The notes under the pieces were generated by a model, which saw only the letters and a program-made list of their open reading frames with translations, ran no database searches and was not told the DNA's origin. The position numbers were made by a program, and so were the translations under genes. 32,000 bases of DNA. Origin: Promethearchaeum syntrophicum. Its GTDB lineage: Archaea; Asgardarchaeota; Lokiarchaeia; Sigyniarchaeales; Promethearchaeaceae. Shown here in pieces: positions 1-8,265 of this stretch. The stretch covers positions 3,390,001 to 3,422,000 of the forward strand of contig NZ_CP042905.2 of NCBI RefSeq assembly GCF_008000775.2. The letters are read 5' to 3'. How positions within the stretch are numbered: position 1 is the first letter of the stretch; every line of letters starts with the position of its first letter.

Positions 1-2093
1 CAGAATCTAGTCGGATATCAGACCTATTCCAATTAAGTATTAAAGGAATGACTAAAAAACAAATAAAAGAACAATTGGGTTTTGAAATTGTTTTTGTTGG
101 AATTTTTAGTAGTATTATTGGGTTCATCTTGGGAGCAGGTTTTTTCTTTTTTATCAGATCCAGTTTATCCCCCATATTTTTCCCAACTTTGACACCTAAG
201 CAAATTCCTTTGATTATTTCACCTATTTGGGTAGGAATCACGATATTGATAGGTGTGATAATCTCATTCTTTTCCTATAAGCCCACTTTGAAGATTATAA
301 AATATACAGAAGTTGGAGATATGGCAGAAGCAATTGAAACCAAAGATCTCCAAGCGATCTATAACGAAAAAACAACTTACGAAAACCTTACTCCTCAGAT
401 CCAAAGGAAAAAACCATTGGAAAAACATAATAATAAGAACAAAAAGAAAAAAGACCAATATGAAGATTCTATTGTTAATACGGAAAAAAAAATTCCGAAA
501 TGGTCCTATCTCTTGGTACCAACTATATTAATTCCCATTTTTCTATTCGTCTCCGCCAATTATGCCATAGATCATCCTGTTGGACAATTTTGGATAGACT
601 TAGTTGGTAATATGTATTACGATTTCAGAACTTATTTGGTTATTGTCTTAGGAGGAACGATTCTTTTAAGTGTCTATGGATTATATCGGTTTTTTATAGT
701 AGAATCACCTCGTCGGATGGCAAAATTAACCAAATTCTTATCAAAACCATTAACCCGAAGATTGGATTATATTTTTGGATTGGAAATGGTCAGAAGGCGG
801 GAATTTCGTTATATAATCTTATTAGTCTCAATTTTTACAAGTTTATCTGTAATGATAAATCCAATAACAGTTTCTCTTCAAAGTTATCCTATTTTAGTCG
901 AAAATTTAAATGTTGGAGGGGATATTAAAGTTGAAGTAGAATTTGACCAAGGAGGGATCCAAGATTCTAATTTTTTTCCACAATTTAAGATAGATCTTCA
1001 AACGAATATCAGCCAAAAGCTAAATACTCAAATCGGGGACAATACATATGTTATGAGCCAAAATCCCGAATTTTATTATCAAGGTGAAGAAGAAGAAATT
1101 GTACATCCCACTTCCTATTATTTAAATTTTCCCGAATACTTGACCACAATTTCTTCTAAGAATAAAATTTTACCTGACGATGAGATTTCCCAAAGCCTAG
1201 AAGTAACCATAGAGTATAATGAACACGCAGAAAAAGATCAAGTTGGTTTGATTTTATCCCACTATTTTAGTTATTATGATGATGTTTCACAATATGAGAA
1301 TTTCTATCTTAATTTCTCTTATTTTAATCATATAACCGAGAAAATCGAAAGTAAGTGGTTGGAATGTGAAGTTATCGCCCGTGTGAATTATATGCCGGGA
1401 CTCTATAATCACTATTCCCGATATAATTCAGGTAGTAATTTATTTTTAGACATCTCTCAGGTACTCCCTCCCAACTGCACGGTTTATTCTTTAAAACATA
1501 CTTATTTATTAAATCTTGAACATCAAACCGAAATTCCTTTAGATTTTGCACAAGATCTTAAGATGAAAATACAAAACTATGCGAAATTCAGTTCTGTATA
1601 TTTATATAATTATGAATGGTTGGAATATTCTCGAGGATTTGTAATACTTAAAACTAAAATGGGCTACAGTCTTTATTCTTTGTTAGTTATTGGGCTTATT
1701 TTAGGGATCGGGCAAGGATTAATTTTTACCCAGACATCAAAAGCTAATAACCAATTTCATGGAAATTTAATGGTTCGCGGAGTAGCAAAGAAACAGATCT
1801 TTAAATTTGGATGCACTCAATTAGGACTCTTTATCGGGTTTGCTATAGTCTTTTCGATTACAAGTGCGGTGATACCTCTCATAAGTGCCCTTCGATTTTC
1901 CCAGATTACTTTTATGTTTGAACATTATGCTTATATGGGTTCACCGTTTACGATACAATATCCTATTTTCGTCAATTGGGGAATTCTATTTGGAAATATA
2001 ATAATGATCGCCTTATCCGGGCTAATAATATATTCTATTTTCTTTTTTTCCCAAAACCGTGAGAAATATTTCATTACAATGAAAGAATTATAA
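1..2093 (+). CDS. FtsX/MacB-like ABC transporter permease, 5' truncated by the window edge (ORF track start 48 is internal)
   Basis: Multiple hydrophobic TM segments with a large extracytoplasmic domain and C-terminal TMs. The frame is open upstream of the ATG at 48 (ESSRISDLFQLSIKG|MTKKQIKEQLGFEI...), matching the internal segment HLSLMKGYPRNMILAQILVEIF of the second permease. Followed directly by an ABC ATPase. Confidence 0.8.
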   Translation, partial: ESSRISDLFQLSIKGMTKKQIKEQLGFEIVFVGIFSSIIGFILGAGFFFFIRSSLSPIFFPTLTPKQIPLIISPIWVGITILIGVIISFFSYKPTLKIIKYTEVGDMAEAIETKDLQAIYNEKTTYENLTPQIQRKKPLEKHNNKNKKKKDQYEDSIVNTEKKIPKWSYLLVPTILIPIFLFVSANYAIDHPVGQFWIDLVGNMYYDFRTYLVIVLGGTILLSVYGLYRFFIVESPRRMAKLTKFLSKPLTRRLDYIFGLEMVRRREFRYIILLVSIFTSLSVMINPITVSLQSYPILVENLNVGGDIKVEVEFDQGGIQDSNFFPQFKIDLQTNISQKLNTQIGDNTYVMSQNPEFYYQGEEEEIVHPTSYYLNFPEYLTTISSKNKILPDDEISQSLEVTIEYNEHAEKDQVGLILSHYFSYYDDVSQYENFYLNFSYFNHITEKIESKWLECEVIARVNYMPGLYNHYSRYNSGSNLFLDISQVLPPNCTVYSLKHTYLLNLEHQTEIPLDFAQDLKMKIQNYAKFSSVYLYNYEWLEYSRGFVILKTKMGYSLYSLLVIGLILGIGQGLIFTQTSKANNQFHGNLMVRGVAKKQIFKFGCTQLGLFIGFAIVFSITSAVIPLISALRFSQITFMFEHYAYMGSPFTIQYPIFVNWGILFGNIIMIALSGLIIYSIFFFSQNREKYFITMKEL

Positions 2094-2140
2094 TAAATTC
2101 AAATTGAGAAATAATATAAAGAACAAATTAGGTGAAAAAA

Positions 2141-3187
2141 ATGACTGAATCTGATGATGTGAAAACCAAAAGTAGTCCTTCTAAACCTATTGCTGAATTG
2201 AGTGAACTTTACAAAATATTCAAACAAGGACAAAACGAAGTTATGGCACTAAAAAATATCAACTTAAAAATCTACCCAGGAGAACTGGTTGTCATCATGG
2301 GGCCCAGTGGTTCTGGAAAAACCACACTCCTCCATGTGATTGCTGGGATCACGCGCCCTTCGGCAGGTAATGTGACCGTGAACGATCTTAAAGTGGAAAA
2401 ATTGAAAGATGAAGGTATTCAAGACCTGTTGCAAAACCATATTGGAATGATTTTTCAATTCTTTAATTTAATCCCTACCCTCACAGCCACCGGAAATGTC
2501 GAAATGCCCATGATCGTTTCCAAAATGCCAAAAATTCAACGAAAAGAACGGGTTCAATATTTATTAAAAGAAGTGGGAATGATTGAACGTGCAAATCACA
2601 GACCCTTCGCGCTCTCAGGAGGAGAAAAACAAAGAATTGCCATTGCTCAAGCCTTTGCTAATAATCCAGAATTAATTTTAGCTGATGAACCCACAGGTAA
2701 TGTGGATTCCATATCTGCTGAAAAAATAATGCAATATTTCAAGAAAGCGCTAGTAGACAACCCCGAAAAAGCAATGATCATTGTCACCCATGATATTGTT
2801 TTCCGAAAAATTGCAGATCGCACGCTTATCCTACGAGATGGGGAAATAATTAAGGAATATGGACGATTCAGCCAAGATGAACTGGATACTCAAAAAAACG
2901 CAAAAATATCTGATCAAATTGGTGAAATCACCCATAAACATGAACAAACCCAAGCTTTAATTAATGGGAAACATGATCATCTATTTTTTGAGGATATCAT
3001 CCAATGCCCAAAATGTGGATCGAAAGAAATTTTAAAAGCTTATGATAAAGAAGCAGGTGCATTATTTACACATAACCAACAAATCATTACCAGGATGTCC
3101 ATTGCGTGCCTTAAATGCAGTGAAATCACTTATCACTACGCTGGAATCTATAATATTAAAAAAGACCTCCATCAACCTCATGATTAA
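2141..3187 (+). CDS. ABC transporter ATP-binding protein (LolD/MacB-type) with C-terminal zinc-ribbon-like extension
   Basis: Walker A GPSGSGKTT, signature LSGGEKQR, Walker B LILADEPTG, H-loop VTHD. C-terminal CPKC...CLKC. The ORF track starts at GTG 2132, but AGGTG then reads as the Shine-Dalgarno for ATG 2141. Confidence 0.93.
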   Translation: MTESDDVKTKSSPSKPIAELSELYKIFKQGQNEVMALKNINLKIYPGELVVIMGPSGSGKTTLLHVIAGITRPSAGNVTVNDLKVEKLKDEGIQDLLQNHIGMIFQFFNLIPTLTATGNVEMPMIVSKMPKIQRKERVQYLLKEVGMIERANHRPFALSGGEKQRIAIAQAFANNPELILADEPTGNVDSISAEKIMQYFKKALVDNPEKAMIIVTHDIVFRKIADRTLILRDGEIIKEYGRFSQDELDTQKNAKISDQIGEITHKHEQTQALINGKHDHLFFEDIIQCPKCGSKEILKAYDKEAGALFTHNQQIITRMSIACLKCSEITYHYAGIYNIKKDLHQPHD

Positions 3188-3238
3188 TATCCATTGTGAT
3201 GGATTTATTAATTCAATTAGGATTCAGGATAGAGAAAA

Positions 3239-6200
3239 ATGCGGCCAACAATCAAATACACAATCTCGCAAGCGCTAAAAGTGTTTAAACGATCACCTTT
3301 ATTAATCATTAGTTTAGGAGTGACACTGTCTTTGGTTACAGGCATGAATATTTATATCTACAATGCTAAGGTTTATCAGCTGGAAAATTTTAAAGGTAGT
3401 TTCTTTGATATTAGCATCCTAGAAAACAATGAAAACGAAAATTTCCCGTTAAATGGGACAGAATTCTTCGAATCGAACTATGCATATTTTGCTTCTGAGG
3501 TTGAAAAAACGTTTCTAATAAAACAAACTTCTCCCATTTTCCAACTCTCTAATGATTATGTCATACTTGAATCAACTGAAATTAAGTCCACCGATAACCA
3601 CACCGATCACTTAGAATGGTTGTATTCTGACACCAATTTTTATGAATCTAAAGATTTTTCCCGCGATTATACTCTTTATTCAGGACGATTACCCCAAAAT
3701 GAAACAGAATATTTGATAGATATTGTTTCCGCAGCAAAAATGGGATTGATTCCTGGGCAAATAAATCATGCACAACTTTCAATTAAGGAAGACTTAAACG
3801 TTTCTGGTACACTTCGAAGTTACTCCCTTTCGAACCCCTTAATGATTGTGGTGGGTGTGGTGATACCCAATAATGATTATTGTGAACTTTTATCATACTG
3901 GACCAAAATAGAAATGAGTTATTCGGTGGAAGAAGTAGAGAATATGGAAATGGCATTAAGGGAAGACTGGTGGACGGGAGTGGTGATGGGGGTAATAGAT
4001 ATAGAAAACTTGCATGATCATCCCATGTTAAAAGAACTTGATACTGCCAGCATTTTATTTAATCAAACAAATTGGGAGATCTACGCGGGCGTTGGGTTTA
4101 GTTATGATCGAAGTACAATTGATCCAAACCATATCAGTCAAATTGTTAACGATCTTGGAAATAAACGTGCAGAATTTTATAATGATCTTCCACGTGAGAA
4201 TATAGATATTTATTTTGAAATTATTTATAATTTAGAAAGTATCCAATCTGGTTCCCAGGAGTTTTTTATTCTACAAATTCTTACAGTTCCACTTTTCTTT
4301 TGTATTATATTCATTAGTCAACTTCTGGTAAAAACAGCATTTTATCCCCGATTTAACGAGATTCATCTCAGTCTTATGAAAGGATACCCCCGAAATATGA
4401 TTCTGGCTCAAATTCTTGTTGAAATTTTTTTGATGGGAATTTCAGTCGGTTTATTAAGTTTAGGATTTAGTAGAGTGCTTTATGGAGGAATTCAGACAAT
4501 TCTTAACCCAAGTTTAAACAGAGTTTCATCATCAAGTTCTATTTCTTGGTCAGGCAGTTATGCACGCCTCGTAGCACCAACATCCCCTCTTCCTTTTAAC
4601 ATCACTCCCTCCCTCATTCTATGGGCTTGCATTATCGGACTCGTGACAACTCTCGTGATTTATTTTCAATTGATGATACGTATTAAAAATTTAAAATTGC
4701 ATTCACTCACCGATTATTTGGAGCAAAGAGATCTGGAGAGTTCATTAGATGAAAATGTATTGTTGAAAAAAATGAAAAAAAATAATAATAAAGCAAAATC
4801 AAGATCTGATGCCTCAAATAAGATGAAGGATGATAACACTCAGCAGTATAAATCTCAAGAATTCTATTATTCACGCAATTTACGGAAATTTGGTTGGATT
4901 TTTGTTTTGATTGGAGGTATTCCTCTTCTTTTTACCATTATCATGCAAGTAGGATCACAATCAACATTTGATATTCTTGTGTTTTTATCCCAAACCCTCT
5001 TTACGTACGCTGGGACGCTAGCTGTGCTCAATTTTTTTAGCCCTATATTGCTTATTTTTGGAGTTCTCCGAATCCTTTTATTTGAACACCCCATTTGGTA
5101 TTCTAAGCTCTGTAAGGCATTCTCTACCATTTTTATTGGTGAAAAATCAATAATCAATGCACTTGAGACATTTAGGCATCGACATTTAAAATCTATTTCG
5201 ATTTTTATGGCTCTAATTACTGGTTTATTCATTTTTACTAATTTATCTATATATTCTGGCCAAAATTTGGAACCAACTATTTACAACGCTAAAATTGGAA
5301 CAGATTTGAATATTCATACCATTAACAATTACGATGCTATGGCTACTTCAATAAATGAAATCCCGAGTCAAGATTTGCTGGAATTGACACAAAACTTTGA
5401 AAACATATCTATCGAAGGAGAAGATGAATTTAAAGCAAAAGCATGTCCCATCGTCTCACTCTGTGATATATCTCAAACAAATTGGGATTATAAAAGTGTA
5501 GTATTAACAAATCTATCACAATATCTTGTAATGGCGCAGCAACCCATAGTAAAATCCCTCTTCCCAAAATTAGAAAAAAAATTAATAGAGCTTGAAGCAT
5601 TCAATGAGGAAAATCCAAATGTAGTCGGCATTTTAGCTGCCCAAAGTTTTTTAGATACCTTTGGGTACTCAATTGGTGAATCTTTTATCATTAATCCGCA
5701 ATTGTTTCCGTTTACTGGAAATTTTTCACAAAAAGAGCCGATGGAAGTCAAGATCATCAATAAAATCGCGTGTTTTCCTGGTTATTATCACACTTTACAT
5801 CATAGCCATCCAATTCTGATGGATATAGGAGAAATTTGGGAAGAAAATATCATGATAACTTATGACACCTTAAACTTTATGGTTGGTTTTTCGCAAGATT
5901 ATGAGATCTCTACTCAAATCCCCCTTTCAAAGGTTTATCAAGATGTCCCTGAACAATATCAGATTCAACTTATCATCAATAGATTTGATTATTCAACCGA
6001 AACTTGTGGAATTTTTAATTTTTCAGGTATGAAAGACGAAAATTTATCGATATTTTTGCTATATATTGAATTAATTTTAATTTTACTGTTTGTTGAGCTA
6101 AGTATATTATTTTTAGTTAATCTTTATCAACGAACAAACGAAAAGTATTACGGATCTCTTCTCGTCCAAGGATTTGGAAAAAAAAATATTCACTTGATGG

Positions 6201-6472
6201 TCTTGGCACAAATATTGTTTGTAATCGGTTTTTCTTTTTTAGTGGGAGTTATCTTAGGGACGATCACTGGATTATCGTGGACATACAGTTTACTTTCGGT
6301 ACATTTAGCCAATCAAGGATTATATAGCTTGTCTATTCCCCTAACCTTCAATTTTCCAGAATTTTTCGTTATACTCATTACTTTAATTGTTGGAACCTTA
6401 ACTAGTTATTTTTTGATCATGTTAAAATATCATGGCAAAGAATACGCCGAATTTCTAAAAAGGGATATTTAA
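3239..6472 (+). CDS. Large FtsX/MacB-like ABC transporter permease (1077 aa)
   Basis: N-terminal TM (LLIISLGVTLSLVTGMNIYIY), two large extracytoplasmic regions and clustered TMs; adjacent to its ATPase. Confidence 0.85.
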   Translation: MRPTIKYTISQALKVFKRSPLLIISLGVTLSLVTGMNIYIYNAKVYQLENFKGSFFDISILENNENENFPLNGTEFFESNYAYFASEVEKTFLIKQTSPIFQLSNDYVILESTEIKSTDNHTDHLEWLYSDTNFYESKDFSRDYTLYSGRLPQNETEYLIDIVSAAKMGLIPGQINHAQLSIKEDLNVSGTLRSYSLSNPLMIVVGVVIPNNDYCELLSYWTKIEMSYSVEEVENMEMALREDWWTGVVMGVIDIENLHDHPMLKELDTASILFNQTNWEIYAGVGFSYDRSTIDPNHISQIVNDLGNKRAEFYNDLPRENIDIYFEIIYNLESIQSGSQEFFILQILTVPLFFCIIFISQLLVKTAFYPRFNEIHLSLMKGYPRNMILAQILVEIFLMGISVGLLSLGFSRVLYGGIQTILNPSLNRVSSSSSISWSGSYARLVAPTSPLPFNITPSLILWACIIGLVTTLVIYFQLMIRIKNLKLHSLTDYLEQRDLESSLDENVLLKKMKKNNNKAKSRSDASNKMKDDNTQQYKSQEFYYSRNLRKFGWIFVLIGGIPLLFTIIMQVGSQSTFDILVFLSQTLFTYAGTLAVLNFFSPILLIFGVLRILLFEHPIWYSKLCKAFSTIFIGEKSIINALETFRHRHLKSISIFMALITGLFIFTNLSIYSGQNLEPTIYNAKIGTDLNIHTINNYDAMATSINEIPSQDLLELTQNFENISIEGEDEFKAKACPIVSLCDISQTNWDYKSVVLTNLSQYLVMAQQPIVKSLFPKLEKKLIELEAFNEENPNVVGILAAQSFLDTFGYSIGESFIINPQLFPFTGNFSQKEPMEVKIINKIACFPGYYHTLHHSHPILMDIGEIWEENIMITYDTLNFMVGFSQDYEISTQIPLSKVYQDVPEQYQIQLIINRFDYSTETCGIFNFSGMKDENLSIFLLYIELILILLFVELSILFLVNLYQRTNEKYYGSLLVQGFGKKNIHLMVLAQILFVIGFSFLVGVILGTITGLSWTYSLLSVHLANQGLYSLSIPLTFNFPEFFVILITLIVGTLTSYFLIMLKYHGKEYAEFLKRDI

Positions 6473-6759
6473 ATCCTTTGATGGTGTTTTTTTGTAATTT
6501 AATTTTTTTTTGATTTTCTTATCGCTTTATAATTATTTCCATTATAGGATGTAAGGGGATATTTAGAAATTTTGAATCTTCTTGGTTTAATTTACTAAAA
6601 TGCTAGTTTGTACCTATATATTATACCAAAAAAATTTTTAGGTCACTTAAATTATCGATTTCACTCAAAGATGATAGAGAATGCGATAATAAAATTGATT
6701 TTTTTAGAAAAAATCCAGAATGATAAAAAATGATAACAATTAAATAACCAAATTACCAA

Positions 6760-7947
6760 TTGTTTAGTATGAAATTATGGATTCTCAGAGTAAGACAAGT
6801 ATCTCACATTTTGAATATTATTCTCGGAAGCGTATTTTTGGCTTTCAATACCTACTTAATGTTGATGTATGGAGTAAAATATATTCAAGATGAACAGATT
6901 TGGTACCAAGCTAATCTCACATTGAATAGTGGATTTTTTATCAACATTATTATAGTATCCCTCTCAGTATTCGTTCTTGCATTCACGCTTCTGGGAGGGT
7001 TTTCCAAAAATCCGAGAAGAAATTCAAAACCTCTCTTACTTGCTTGCGTGGGGATTGTGATAACCCTATTTTGGGTAATTTTCCAATTATTTACCCAAGC
7101 TGGAATTATTGTTTATTCTGTAATAAATGGTCTTATTTTGATATTTTGTGGGTTTGCGGGAAACCAATTTCCTGGTCTACGACTCAAAATTGAAAATTTG
7201 GTTGAGATCGTGCCTAAACAAGGGCCTATTGATCCTCAAAAAAATTATTTTAATATAATTGAGCGAGTATTTATTCCTGTTTTAATCTCTGGACTCTTTA
7301 TTGCTAACCTACCTGCTAGATTTCATCAACGAGAATTGCGGGAAGGAATCATTCTTGTTGTTATGTTTCTCTTGGCTTTGGTTATTGTGACCATTTTTAA
7401 TTATAAAAAACGGGCGCGATTGAGAAAATTAGTATTGCAATACCTAGTAGTGAGTTTAATTCTTTCTATATGGTTTCTCTTTATTTCATTTTCATGTCTG
7501 ATCTCTTATGACGGTGAACCAAAGTTTAAAGAATCAGGAATAAGTTATCATAATGGTGACTTGTATTTTTTCACAATTGGGGCAATAATTTGTGGAACTT
7601 TTTTCTTGTCAGATAATATTTTGAACCAAATCAGTCGAGTCAAGCATTCTGAAGAACAACCTGTTCTTCCCAACCCTTTACATGCTACTAAATCTAACAA
7701 ACCATCAACACTATCGGATTACGATTATAACCAGTTTATATGCCCCAATTGTGATACATTATTAGAACAAGATACAATAAGAGAATTGAAAGCAAAAAAA
7801 TCGGTTTTCTGTGCCCTTTGTGGCAGTCAGATCTCTTTTTCTGATATATTCGGTAATGAAAAAGAGGCGGTACTACAAGAACACAATCGATTATTAAAAA
7901 AAATCACGAAACTTCCATCAATAAAGACAGATAATTCCGAGGAGTAG
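6760..7947 (+). CDS. Multi-pass membrane protein with C-terminal zinc ribbon
   Basis: Several hydrophobic helices followed by FICPNCDTLL...VFCALCGSQI (CxxC...CxxC). Confidence 0.7.
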   Translation: MFSMKLWILRVRQVSHILNIILGSVFLAFNTYLMLMYGVKYIQDEQIWYQANLTLNSGFFINIIIVSLSVFVLAFTLLGGFSKNPRRNSKPLLLACVGIVITLFWVIFQLFTQAGIIVYSVINGLILIFCGFAGNQFPGLRLKIENLVEIVPKQGPIDPQKNYFNIIERVFIPVLISGLFIANLPARFHQRELREGIILVVMFLLALVIVTIFNYKKRARLRKLVLQYLVVSLILSIWFLFISFSCLISYDGEPKFKESGISYHNGDLYFFTIGAIICGTFFLSDNILNQISRVKHSEEQPVLPNPLHATKSNKPSTLSDYDYNQFICPNCDTLLEQDTIRELKAKKSVFCALCGSQISFSDIFGNEKEAVLQEHNRLLKKITKLPSIKTDNSEE

Positions 7948-7956
7948 GAATAACCA

Positions 7957-8217
7957 ATGAATCCGAAATCTACTGCTGAGAAAGTCGAATTTGCAAAGCA
8001 GCTCGTGAAATTAGGACTTCCTTATCGTGAAATTCAAGAGGAATTAAAACGCAATTTTGGAACGGGAATGTCCAATACCACACTACAAAAAATCGGAGCC
8101 CAAGAGACAGAAATTGCCGAGTTAAAAATTAGACTTGCCCAAACCACCAACGAGTTAGAATTATATAAGCGGCTCTATTATGAAATAGTTGAGGCAATGA
8201 AAGATAAAATTAAATGA
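7957..8217 (+). CDS. Small HTH-like plus coiled-coil protein (86 aa), possible regulator
   Basis: GGAG-type Shine-Dalgarno then ATG. KQLVKLGLPYREIQEELKRNFGTGMSNTTLQKI resembles a helix-turn-helix, followed by a heptad-rich helix. Tightly spaced after the previous gene. Confidence 0.6.
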   Translation: MNPKSTAEKVEFAKQLVKLGLPYREIQEELKRNFGTGMSNTTLQKIGAQETEIAELKIRLAQTTNELELYKRLYYEIVEAMKDKIK

Positions 8218-8265
8218 AAATAAAAGTATTCAATTTAATGCAAAAATGAGAGGATAGCTAATCAA

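Noticed and set aside
264-458. Antisense and out-of-frame ORFs within large genes (264-458, 313-531, 2264-2458, 4867-5232, 5488-5760, 10483-10716, 14403-14759, 21750-21947, 23554-23982, 25795-26181, 27011-27256, 28639-28872)
   Set aside because: Each lies wholly or mostly inside a well-supported CDS on another frame or strand and shows no recognisable domain.
6480-6520. T-rich terminator after the large permease
   Set aside because: T-runs are present, but the whole region is extremely AT-rich, so no specific terminator is claimed.
7957-8217. Transposase OrfA-like HTH protein
   Set aside because: The HTH plus coiled-coil pattern superficially resembles IS3-type OrfA. There is no adjacent OrfB/integrase or terminal repeat, so a regulator-like label is safer.
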